From Pedobacter sp. (GTDB lineage Bacteria; Desulfobacterota; Desulfuromonadia; Desulfuromonadales; Syntrophotaleaceae): a stretch of DNA of 64,000 nucleotides. The number at the start of each line of letters is the position of its first letter. Positions within the stretch are counted from its first letter, which is position 1. The notes under the pieces are model-generated. The model was not told where the DNA came from. It worked only from the letters and a program-made list of their open reading frames with translations, and ran no database searches. The stretch lies in NCBI GenBank assembly GCA_050253415.1, contig JBFWJC010000005.1, positions 32,001 to 96,000 on the forward strand, given 5' to 3'. The position numbers were made by a program, and so were the translations under genes. This document shows positions 41,203 to 49,899 of the stretch, piece by piece.

Positions 41203-41607
41203 CTACTTAATAATTGCTCGCTCTAGTTCACGTATTTTACCGTATGCTTTCTGGGACTTTTCCTTTTCTTTTTTTAATTCCTCTTCAAGTTTTTTGATTT
41301 TCAATTTTAAGGTTGCATTGACAGAGGCTTTCGAACCTTCAGAAGGGCGCTCCCTTTTCGAGGTTTCGCCAGTAACTTGACCATGATCTCCTTGCCTTTT
41401 AATCAAATCTTCAATCCGAAGACGAAACTCGCTATGATCATAGAGGTATGTTCGCGAAACGCCAGCTTGTCTTGCTACCTCAGCAATAGAAAAAGGTATG
41501 TTGTCTTTAAGCATTTTCTTGATAGCTTTTTGGGTCGATTTGGACTTCTTGTCGACCTTGTTGGCAGTTGCGGCCGCGAGAGCTTCTAATTTTTTAATCT
41601 CAGACAT
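41203..41607 (-). CDS. Tn554 TnpC-like (DUF6262) protein
   Basis: AIKKML....FSIAEVARQAGVSRTYLY...RLRIEDL plus coiled coil, directly after the TnpB-like genes. Confidence 0.8.
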   Translation of the reverse strand: MSEIKKLEALAAATANKVDKKSKSTQKAIKKMLKDNIPFSIAEVARQAGVSRTYLYDHSEFRLRIEDLIKRQGDHGQVTGETSKRERPSEGSKASVNATLKLKIKKLEEELKKEKEKSQKAYGKIRELERAIIK

Positions 41608-41618
41608 AGCTTCAATCC

Positions 41619-43517
41619 TTATATGGCGCTTGAACTTTCCAGACCGGTTATGATCTCTTTCAAGCGATCAATTTTCTTATTTGCTTTGGTTTGCTGTTCT
41701 TCCCAACCATTGTAGTAGGCGATCTTTTCAAGCTCTTCGTTTTCAGCAAGATGCTTTTTGTGAACAGGGAGAAAGACTCTCGTTGTTTTGAAGAATTCAT
41801 AACAGAATAAACAGGCGTCAGCATGGGGGCAATCGCCGGCTAGAACGGGTAGGGTGCAGACGCCATTAGGCAATATCTGTGTCATGATGTTTCTCCTTAA
41901 CCATTTTGTATCGAGGTTGGTGAGCGACATAATCTCATCAGCGACTTTGCCGATAACTTCACTTGTAGACTGAGCAACAAAAGCTTCAAATTCTCTTTTG
42001 GCGGTCTCATCGAATAGATGTGCATAAGTGTCCAACATTGTGTCACTATTGTAGCCCATGTAGCGCATTACGATATGTAATGCGACGTTGTTGTTGATCA
42101 TCCTCGTAGGGACTTGATGTCGATAGCGATGGGGACTCGGTACCCAAATAGAACCCTCTTCATTACGGATCTCGTTAGCCACTGCCCATTCGTGGTAATG
42201 TGCTATAAAGCTGGATCTGTGATAAGGTTGGCCTTGTTCATTTGGAAATAGCAAAGTGCAACCAACACCGTGTGTATCAACAACCCTTTTGGCTTGTACT
42301 GAGATACATTTGGCGAGTTCGAGCGTAATGGGAACGACATGCCACGTCTTTTGCTTGCGGAGATACCGGCTCATGTGCCAATCGCCATCGGAGTCCTGCT
42401 TAAGACAGGTTCTTTCTAGTCCACATATCTCACCAAACCTCGCTCCAGTTTCATCGATTATTGCCAAAGTTGTACGCCATGGTTCCTTTAGGATCTCCAT
42501 GTGCCGAATTATTTGCTCATAGACGAACTCAGAAATGTAGCCTGAGTGTTTGCCTACCCCGCGCGCAACATAAGGTATATCTTCGTTCCATATTAGACGT
42601 TCATCAGGGAATCCATGGTCATCGATGGCCGCTTCGGACTCTAGGATATTGCGAACTATGCTAAGGTTTTTTGCAATTGAGGAATCCTCCAGAACTCCTC
42701 CCTTATTCCGGCCGCGAGTGATTTTCCAGTTTTTAAGGTAACGAATGAACTGCTCAATCACTTCCCTGGTAATTTTTTCAGGAGAATCTACTTTAGGTTG
42801 TTTGTCACCAATGAACTTGGAGAACCGGTTGATGTCCGTGATGCAGCTCTTCAGGTATAGATAGTCGTTTGTTAGCGACCAGTCTTTCCATACGTCTTTG
42901 GCTGCCTTACGGAGCCAGCCTTGGCTGATACCAGTGAAATTGAGAGGCGTTGGAGAATTGCCGGCAGGGACATCAAGGCCTGTTTTAATTGGGCAGACCT
43001 TGTCTTTGCTCCATTCGTCTCTATCGTCATAGAAGTCTTCAAGGATTTTATAGAGAACCGCAAAACGGCAAACCAAGAAGTGCTTGGTCATTTTTCTTTC
43101 CGTGATACAGCCATCGGATTTTGAAAAATATCCTTTTTTAACCGGAAACTTGTACCCATTTTCTTTTAAATAGGTAGTTAGTAACGTTTCCCAAAACTTC
43201 AGAGACTTTTCCATGAGGGAGGATATGCCTGTGATATTGGAGTCAATTATCTTGATATAAATATGGACTCCAAACTGAATTACGTCGGTGCCGAATCTCC
43301 CTTCTTTGATTCCAAGGTAATGGACGACCTTTAATTCCTGGTTGATTTGCTCGATTTTACAGTTGAATCGCACCTCAAGATCAACCTTTGGGGGAGTGCC
43401 GATTGGTATTTCTTTTAGAGGCCAGGTGTTCTTAGCCCAGTAGCCCTGAAGGATTTGGGAGATTTCAAGACCCTTCTTTTCCGAAGCAGCCTGTTTAAGG
43501 ATATAATTTTGATCCAT
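41619..43517 (-). CDS. Tn554 TnpB-like tyrosine recombinase (copy 2)
   Basis: 632 aa. ETGARFGE, HRYRH, MGY, catalytic TYAH and C-terminal LPNGVC...CPHADACLFC tail. Confidence 0.87.
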   Translation of the reverse strand: MDQNYILKQAASEKKGLEISQILQGYWAKNTWPLKEIPIGTPPKVDLEVRFNCKIEQINQELKVVHYLGIKEGRFGTDVIQFGVHIYIKIIDSNITGISSLMEKSLKFWETLLTTYLKENGYKFPVKKGYFSKSDGCITERKMTKHFLVCRFAVLYKILEDFYDDRDEWSKDKVCPIKTGLDVPAGNSPTPLNFTGISQGWLRKAAKDVWKDWSLTNDYLYLKSCITDINRFSKFIGDKQPKVDSPEKITREVIEQFIRYLKNWKITRGRNKGGVLEDSSIAKNLSIVRNILESEAAIDDHGFPDERLIWNEDIPYVARGVGKHSGYISEFVYEQIIRHMEILKEPWRTTLAIIDETGARFGEICGLERTCLKQDSDGDWHMSRYLRKQKTWHVVPITLELAKCISVQAKRVVDTHGVGCTLLFPNEQGQPYHRSSFIAHYHEWAVANEIRNEEGSIWVPSPHRYRHQVPTRMINNNVALHIVMRYMGYNSDTMLDTYAHLFDETAKREFEAFVAQSTSEVIGKVADEIMSLTNLDTKWLRRNIMTQILPNGVCTLPVLAGDCPHADACLFCYEFFKTTRVFLPVHKKHLAENEELEKIAYYNGWEEQQTKANKKIDRLKEIITGLESSSAI

Positions 43518-43531
43518 TTACCCCTCCTGCT

Positions 43532-45373
43532 TTATAAATTTGCCAGGATTTTTCTGAGCTTTGTGCAGGTATTGCCTGAGATCTGGCGCTGTCTTTTCAT
43601 TCCTAGTGAGGCTGCATTCGATTCCAGCTCCTCCGCTCGACTCAGTTGATCCTCAAGTTCTGGCCGCCAAAATTCGCTTGTTCTGAATGAGCCACAGGTG
43701 AAGCAGGCATCGGCATGATCGCACGCTCCCATGGCCTTAGGGCGCCGGCAGAAACCGTTTGGAAGAACGTGAGTAAGCATGTTGTGCTTTAACCACTGAT
43801 TGTCTAAGGAGTTTGGGTCAAACGATTCTTCTGCGACATTTCCATCGCAATCCACGATGCGACCATGATATTCGGTCCACGCCTCTTTAAGGGTTGAATC
43901 GTAAAGATGAGCATATCTCCTTGTAGGTGCAGAGCTGGCATGACCGAGAAACCTTTGTACAGTTTTTTCGCTGCCGGTCTTGTTTAGCATTTCTGTTCCT
44001 GCTGTGTGGCGTGCTTGCTTGGAGGTATATCGCCAGATTGAACCATCCTCTTGCTTAATTTCATTAGCAATAATGAATTCGTTGACATTTTTATTGAAAG
44101 TTGTTTTGGAATAAGGCTTAAGCTGGGAGGACTTGAGGTTGGGAAAGAGAAATTTGGGCTCCTTGCCAAGATTATCTCTAAGATGCTCCTGCCAACGTTG
44201 AATTTTACATGCGAGTTCATCCGTGATAGGCACCACATGGTATTTGCGTTGTTTGAATAAGTATCTTTTAAAGCACCTGTCCTCACCATCATGGTGAAGA
44301 GCATCAAATTCCAATTTGGTGATTTCGGTAACCCTTGGACCGACTTCAAGAGAGATATCAAGCATCAAGTTCCAAGGGTTTTTGAGGTTTTCCAGCTTGT
44401 CAATAATTTGTTTTTTGACGAAAGGGGGGATGAAGTCTGGAAGCGGGTTATCGCTTTTTGGAATGAACTCCTCCTTGACCAACCTTTTAAGTGGGAAATC
44501 AGCCAATCCATGTTTCGCACTGTATTCTAAGAACCCTCTTAAGTGGTAGAGGAGGTTTGCTCTGCTGCCGTCATTTTTAATAATTTTGTTTATGTGGGCG
44601 ACAAAATCTTTAATGGATTTTCCATCAATATCGGAGGGCCTTGCGATCGTGTTCTTTTGTAATATGAATTTGGAGAGGTGGACCACCGCCTCTATGTAAC
44701 CACAAAGTGTCCCCCATGCAATCTCCTGCCTGTTCTGGGCGAATTTAACAAATATATCCCTGAGCCATTGAATCTCAATACGATTGAGGTTCATCGATTG
44801 GGGGTGGGAATCAGGTTCGTGACCTAGGAGGTCAGGGGTTATAATTCCTTTCTCCCAGGGTGTTCTTTTGTCCTCATAATTATAGATTTCTGCATATAAG
44901 CCTCGCAGGAAATTCAAAAGCGGATGATTCTCTGCGTGGTGGTAGGTAACGAGCTCCCCGTCCTTGTTGCGGTATTGAACTACACGAAATTTATTTGGCT
45001 CGAATTCTCTAGCGTAGGGAAGGGCTAGTTTTTCCCATTCTTCAAGCTCCAAATCAAGAATGGAGTGTGTCTTGGGGCGACAGAACTCTATAAATTTAAA
45101 AAATAAGCGAAGGGAAGTTGCGCCGGTGTGGCCCATAAAAGACCACTTGCCACTTATATAATTTCCTTTACAGAAATATTTACATTCGTTATTCAGTTGG
45201 GCTGAAAAGAATTTGAACTTAGAGAAATTATCTTGCCGGTGCAAAGAAGGATCGTTGCCTTCAACAGGAAGCGTTTTGGAAGACCACTGGTCTTTCGACC
45301 AGTATTCTCCAAGCGTTGACTCAATCGGAATTCGAGCCTTATTCTCTTTTGGCACAATAAAGAAACGATCCAT
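43532..45373 (-). CDS. Tn554 TnpB-like tyrosine recombinase (copy 1)
   Basis: 613 aa. EVGPRVTE, KQARH, LGH, RYAH and C-terminal LPNGFC...CDHADACFTC tail. Confidence 0.87.
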   Translation of the reverse strand: MDRFFIVPKENKARIPIESTLGEYWSKDQWSSKTLPVEGNDPSLHRQDNFSKFKFFSAQLNNECKYFCKGNYISGKWSFMGHTGATSLRLFFKFIEFCRPKTHSILDLELEEWEKLALPYAREFEPNKFRVVQYRNKDGELVTYHHAENHPLLNFLRGLYAEIYNYEDKRTPWEKGIITPDLLGHEPDSHPQSMNLNRIEIQWLRDIFVKFAQNRQEIAWGTLCGYIEAVVHLSKFILQKNTIARPSDIDGKSIKDFVAHINKIIKNDGSRANLLYHLRGFLEYSAKHGLADFPLKRLVKEEFIPKSDNPLPDFIPPFVKKQIIDKLENLKNPWNLMLDISLEVGPRVTEITKLEFDALHHDGEDRCFKRYLFKQRKYHVVPITDELACKIQRWQEHLRDNLGKEPKFLFPNLKSSQLKPYSKTTFNKNVNEFIIANEIKQEDGSIWRYTSKQARHTAGTEMLNKTGSEKTVQRFLGHASSAPTRRYAHLYDSTLKEAWTEYHGRIVDCDGNVAEESFDPNSLDNQWLKHNMLTHVLPNGFCRRPKAMGACDHADACFTCGSFRTSEFWRPELEDQLSRAEELESNAASLGMKRQRQISGNTCTKLRKILANL

Positions 45374-45411
45374 TGGTTGTCATGACCTCCTAAGAAGCAC
45401 AGTTTGGCCTG

Positions 45412-46542
45412 TTAGTCCTTCTCCTTTTTTGAATCCCTAATATGGTTGTGATATATATTGATTGACACTCTTGATTCTTCATCATCAACGTGTGCATATC
45501 TATCTAGCAAAGTCGTCACGTCCTTAATCCCGGACCTTTCCTGGGCCACTTTGATGGAAACGCCACTTTTAAGCATGTCAGTGATATTGGTGTGACGAAA
45601 AAGGTGGGGATGTAACCTCTTTATGCCGGTCTTTTTCCTAACAGTTCTTACAATGCTATTAAAAGCACTAACCGTAAGAGCACTTCCTCTTGTAGGACCT
45701 TGCAAAACTACAAAAACGAAATCGTTTTCAAGGTCTTCAACCTCTTCGACAAGGTACGAAGTGTAGAGATTCATAACATCAGGTGTAACATCAAGGGTTC
45801 TCGGAGCTTTTGTTTTTTGATTGGATTTATTGGGATTGTTACGGCGCTTTCGGAAGGTGATTTTATTATCCCAGGCCTCAATGTCTTCATGTCGAAGGCC
45901 GAGTAATTCACCTATTCTGGCTCCCGTTTCATAAAATAGGGAGAATATGAGTTTATCCCGGATGGTTCTGCAACATTCAAAGATCTTGTCTAGTTCATGT
46001 TTTTTTAAAGGACGGATAATTGGAGGGGCTTCTTCGGGAAGCCTGATTTTATTGACAACTTGTGGAGCGTTTTTATCTATCCCTTCGAGGAAATTCCTGT
46101 ACTTTGTTTTTCTTTTGCCACGATGAGAGACAGAAACGGTATTCAAGGGATCGGTCTCGAAGGTACGTATTCTTGTATGGTAATCGTAAAAATTCTTAAC
46201 TGCTATATTTATTGTATTTATAGACTTGTTCCCACGAATGCGCGGTAGTGGCTCATCATTTATGTTTTTTGGGGCTACTTTTAAATAATTGGGATTTTTT
46301 AGCCACCATATAAAAGTTTTCAGTAAGCTAAACGATATATCTTCTTTCCAGTCAGCCTGAACTTGCTCGCAAAAAGTAAAAAAAAGCGTGAGGTGGCGAA
46401 CGTAGTTTTCGACCGTGTTTTCCTCGTAGAGAAGGGCGATAAAGTCAACCCACTTTTCGACATGGGGTAGCGGAAGATAGTCTTTGTTTGCGATGGTCCA
46501 TGATATTGTCCCATCGCTAAGCAGTATTTTCTGCATCTCCAT
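45412..46542 (-). CDS. Tn554 TnpA-like tyrosine recombinase
   Basis: 376 aa. ENTVENY, ETGARIGELLGL, DFVFV, HPHLFRHT and RYAH. Confidence 0.88.
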   Translation of the reverse strand: MEMQKILLSDGTISWTIANKDYLPLPHVEKWVDFIALLYEENTVENYVRHLTLFFTFCEQVQADWKEDISFSLLKTFIWWLKNPNYLKVAPKNINDEPLPRIRGNKSINTINIAVKNFYDYHTRIRTFETDPLNTVSVSHRGKRKTKYRNFLEGIDKNAPQVVNKIRLPEEAPPIIRPLKKHELDKIFECCRTIRDKLIFSLFYETGARIGELLGLRHEDIEAWDNKITFRKRRNNPNKSNQKTKAPRTLDVTPDVMNLYTSYLVEEVEDLENDFVFVVLQGPTRGSALTVSAFNSIVRTVRKKTGIKRLHPHLFRHTNITDMLKSGVSIKVAQERSGIKDVTTLLDRYAHVDDEESRVSINIYHNHIRDSKKEKD

Positions 46543-46546
46543 TTAA

Positions 46547-47008
46547 TTACCTCTTTCCGGTGTGGCCCAACCCTCCTTCACCTCTTTGAGAGTTGCTACT
46601 GAAGTTATCAACGATCTTGAGATCGACTTGGACAACAGGTACAAACATCATCTGGCATATACGCTCTCCAGGTTTGATTTCGAAGGATTCTCCGCTACGG
46701 TTCCAAACACCGATCAATAGTTCTCCTAAATAGTCACTATCGATAACCCCAATTAAATTTCCCAAGACAATCCCATGCTTGATGCCCAAGCCGGAACGTG
46801 GGGCTAGGACTGCCATGTGGTTTGGGTCGTGAATATTGATAGCTAGCCCCGTTGGGATGATTTCAGTTTGGCCTGGCTCGATGGTTACGGGATTTTCAAT
46901 GCAAGCCCTTAGGTCCATTCCAGCAGATCCGTCAGTTGCGTATGTGGGCAAGGGGATTAGGTTTCCAAGCAATGGATTAACAACTTTCGCCTCGACTATT
47001 CTTTTCAT
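46547..47008 (-). CDS. dut: Trimeric dUTPase, element-borne copy
   Basis: Motifs AGMDL, PRSGLG, GVIDSDY, GERICQ and [10 protein letters not shown]. Stop lies 4 nt before the TnpA-like start. Confidence 0.95.
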   Translation of the reverse strand: MKRIVEAKVVNPLLGNLIPLPTYATDGSAGMDLRACIENPVTIEPGQTEIIPTGLAINIHDPNHMAVLAPRSGLGIKHGIVLGNLIGVIDSDYLGELLIGVWNRSGESFEIKPGERICQMMFVPVVQVDLKIVDNFSSNSQRGEGGLGHTGKR

Positions 47009-47040
47009 TTATTATAAAATTTCCCCTATTTAATATTGAG

Positions 47041-47163
47041 CGTTGATTCAACGATACCCAACGTTCTTGACACTGTCAATATGCCCTGTCAAGAACGTTC
47101 TTGATATGTTAAATATCCTAACGTAGCTGACGTAGTTGGCACAAGAATGGCATGTATGCATAA
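47041..47163. repeat. Element end with direct and inverted repeats (putative recombinase-binding/att region)
   Basis: AACGTTCTTGA at 47060 and 47094; inverse TGTCAAGAACGTT at 47087; palindromes TCAAGAACGTTCTTGA (47089-47104) and CGTTGATTCAACG (47041-47053); two ACGTAG copies. Confidence 0.6.
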
Positions 47164-47352
47164 GATGCGGATTATCGAGGGGAACTCGGTATTATTCTTA
47201 TCAACCACGGCACGGAAAAATTTGTTATCTCCGATGGTGATCGTATCGCTCAGCTGGTTTTCGCTCCTGTTCAAACAGCCACCTTCGAACAGGTTGAAGA
47301 CCTGGATGAAACGGATCGCAATGATGGCGGGTTTGGTCATACGGGTTTTTAG
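47164..47352 (+). pseudogene. dut: 3' half of the chromosomal dUTPase gene (motifs III-V), lacking its 5' half
   Basis: Not in the ORF track. After an in-frame TAA (47161-47163): [62 protein letters not shown]. Confidence 0.92.
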
Positions 47353-47424
47353 TTAGGTGTCATCTGTTGTTTCCGGATGGGATCCATTGCCTTTGATCTG
47401 GAAAAAGGGAAAGGAAAACTTACC

Positions 47425-48039
47425 ATGTTGCTTGCCATAAATCCCGAAACACCCCAGAAACGTCTGATAACCCGTGTTGTCGATTGTATTAAGCAAGGCG
47501 GAGTTATCGCTTATCCTACCGACACTATTTATGGCCTCGGTTGCGACATTTTCAACCGCAAGGGAATCAAGCGGATTTATCAGCTTAAGGAACGAACGGA
47601 ACGAAAGCCTTTTTCCTTCATTTGTGCTGATCTTTCGGATGTTTCCAATTATGCGCAGGTAAGTAACTTCGCTTTCAAAATCATGAAACGCTATCTGCCC
47701 GGGCCCTACACTTTCGTTCTTGACGCTACTCGGGTGGTACCCGATTTACTGGTAACCAAACAGAAAACCGTTGGTATCCGTATTCCTTCCAATCCGATTG
47801 CGCTAGCTATCGTTCGTGAACTTGGTCACCCTCTTGTCACGACCAGCGCCAATATCTCCGGTGAAGAGCCGTGTTACGATCCTTCCCTGATCGATGAGCA
47901 GTTGGGCAGGCAGATCGATATGGTCGTCGATGGAGGCATTATTCAGGGGGAAGCATCTACCGTTATCAGCCTCATTGATGACAAAATAACAGTGCTGCGC
48001 CAGGGCGCAGGAGACACCAGTTGGATACATCAGCTGTAA
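47425..48039 (+). CDS. Sua5/YciO/YrdC-family threonylcarbamoyl-AMP synthase-like protein
   Basis: IAYPTDTIYGLGC, LPGPYT, GIRIP and TTSAN. Start ATG 47425. Confidence 0.9.
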   Translation: MLLAINPETPQKRLITRVVDCIKQGGVIAYPTDTIYGLGCDIFNRKGIKRIYQLKERTERKPFSFICADLSDVSNYAQVSNFAFKIMKRYLPGPYTFVLDATRVVPDLLVTKQKTVGIRIPSNPIALAIVRELGHPLVTTSANISGEEPCYDPSLIDEQLGRQIDMVVDGGIIQGEASTVISLIDDKITVLRQGAGDTSWIHQL

Positions 48040-48210
48040 TTTGGCAAGTCATTTCCCCCCCTCCCAGTAGTTTCTTTGGTCAAGTTTTGATTCGTTCGGC
48101 AATATTGGTCGCCCAAACTTGAAAAACCGCTGTGCATCGGATATAGTGCCGGCGGTTTATCTGTGCTTTATCTTCTGTTGTTTGCGGCTCCAAAAGGAGG
48201 ATCAATTCCG

Positions 48211-49899
48211 ATGCTGGATTTTTTCAACCAGGCTACCATTTTTGGCCTCATCGGCGGACTAGGCTTGTTTCTGTTCGGCATGAAGATTATGTCGGAAGGA
48301 TTACAAAAGGTTGCCGGGGACCGCATGCGCAAGATTCTTGCGGCTTTAACGAATAACCGTCTCATCGGAACTTTCGTAGGTCTGGCTGTTACAGCCATTA
48401 TTCAGTCTTCCAGTGCAACGACTGTTATGGTCATCGGTTTTGTTAATGCCGGTTTGATGACATTAATGCAGGCTATTGGTGTCGTTCTTGGTGCCAACAT
48501 CGGTACGACTGTTACCGCGCAGCTTCTTGCCCTTAAACTCAGCCAATTTGCCTTGCCCGCTATCGGTATCGGTACAGGACTGAAACTATTCTCTCGCAGT
48601 AAAAAATGGATGTATAGCGGTGAGATTCTCCTTGGGTTCGGTATTTTGTTTTATGGCCTTACCACCATGGAAAGTGCTTTTGTTCCTCTCAAGGGGAGCG
48701 ATGCTTTTCGTGACTTCTTCCTTGTGGTCGGTGATAACTATTTGCTGGCGATCGCAACCGGGGCTTTGCTCACGGTGCTGGTCCAAAGCAGCAGTGCTAC
48801 CATTGCCCTTACCATGTCTCTTGCGATGAGCGGTCTTTTGAGTTTCGATGTTAGTGTCGCTTTGATCCTTGGTGAAAACATTGGCACTACCGTTACCGCT
48901 AATCTTGCCGCTATCGGCACCAACCTTGCCGCTCGTCGTACGGCATTGGCCCACTTATTATTTAATGTTATCGGGGTCGTGCTGATTGTTTTGTGTTTTC
49001 CGCTTTTTTTACATCTTGTCGATGCCTGGACCCCGGGTGATCCCAACTTTGTAATTCATACCGCTATAGAGTCCGTCCAATATGGTGCGGCTATTGGTGA
49101 CCTGCCGAATATAAAATGGCACATCGCAAATGCGCATACATTTTTTAACATCATCAACACCATTGTCTTCCTGCCCCTTATCGGGTTGTTGGCCAAATTG
49201 GCTTGTTTAATTTTGCCGGGCAAAGATGCGTTGATGGAGTTTCACCTTAAATATATCGATAACCGCGTGCTTAATACACCGCCAATTGCCATTGGCCAGG
49301 CCCGTTCTGAAACCAAGCGGATGGCGCATATCACCTTTGAGATGCTCGATGAAACCATGGAGTTTTTTCTGGACGGCAACTCCAAGCGTCTTACCTCTCT
49401 GGATAAAAAAGAAGAAATCGTCGATCTGCTGCAAAAGGAGATTACGGATTTTCTGGTGAATCTCTCTCAAAAATCCATCACTCAGGATATGTCTCGCGAT
49501 GTCGCCTCCATGATGCATATTGTTAATGATCTTGAGCGGGTAGGGGATCATTGTGAGGAGCTCTGGAAATTGGCAGGGCGGCTTCGTGACCTGAATCAGC
49601 CTTTATCGGCAGTAGCTACGCAGGAGGTTGAAGAACTGGCCGGCAAAACCCGAGACTTCCTGGCTTTTGTGATCGATGCACTGGATCGTGGCGATACCAC
49701 AATTAAATCCAAGGCTAGCTATATGGTACATATTATTGACGAGTTGGAAGATACCCTGCGTAATAATCATATCGCCAGGTTGAATACCGGTGAATGTTCC
49801 GTACAGCAAGGATTGATTTTCATCGACATGTTGCATGGCTTCTCCAAAATTGGCAGTCATGCCTTTAATGTCAGTAAAGCTGTTGTTGGTGACAAGTAA
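48211..49899 (+). CDS. Na+/phosphate cotransporter with PhoU-like C-terminus
   Basis: Duplicated QSSSAT and G.NIGTT motifs. Start ATG 48211 after GGAGG. Confidence 0.92.
   Translation: MLDFFNQATIFGLIGGLGLFLFGMKIMSEGLQKVAGDRMRKILAALTNNRLIGTFVGLAVTAIIQSSSATTVMVIGFVNAGLMTLMQAIGVVLGANIGTTVTAQLLALKLSQFALPAIGIGTGLKLFSRSKKWMYSGEILLGFGILFYGLTTMESAFVPLKGSDAFRDFFLVVGDNYLLAIATGALLTVLVQSSSATIALTMSLAMSGLLSFDVSVALILGENIGTTVTANLAAIGTNLAARRTALAHLLFNVIGVVLIVLCFPLFLHLVDAWTPGDPNFVIHTAIESVQYGAAIGDLPNIKWHIANAHTFFNIINTIVFLPLIGLLAKLACLILPGKDALMEFHLKYIDNRVLNTPPIAIGQARSETKRMAHITFEMLDETMEFFLDGNSKRLTSLDKKEEIVDLLQKEITDFLVNLSQKSITQDMSRDVASMMHIVNDLERVGDHCEELWKLAGRLRDLNQPLSAVATQEVEELAGKTRDFLAFVIDALDRGDTTIKSKASYMVHIIDELEDTLRNNHIARLNTGECSVQQGLIFIDMLHGFSKIGSHAFNVSKAVVGDK

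Larger units (their letters stand above)
38592..47163 (-). mobile_element. Core module of a Tn554-like integrative element inserted in dut (other end not found in window)
   Basis: Tightly packed operon dut, TnpA-like, two TnpB-like, TnpC-like, small ORF, RecD2-like, abutting a truncated host dut. Confidence 0.8.

Noticed and set aside
41619..46542. RIT element or prophage interpretation of the three tyrosine recombinases
   Set aside because: Sizes (376/613/632 aa), Cys-rich tails and the TnpC-like gene fit the Tn554 family; no phage structural genes are present.
47147..47356. ORF-track 69-aa ORF (and antisense 47089-47340)
   Set aside because: Shadow frames; the meaningful frame is the dUTPase C-terminal half at 47164-47352.
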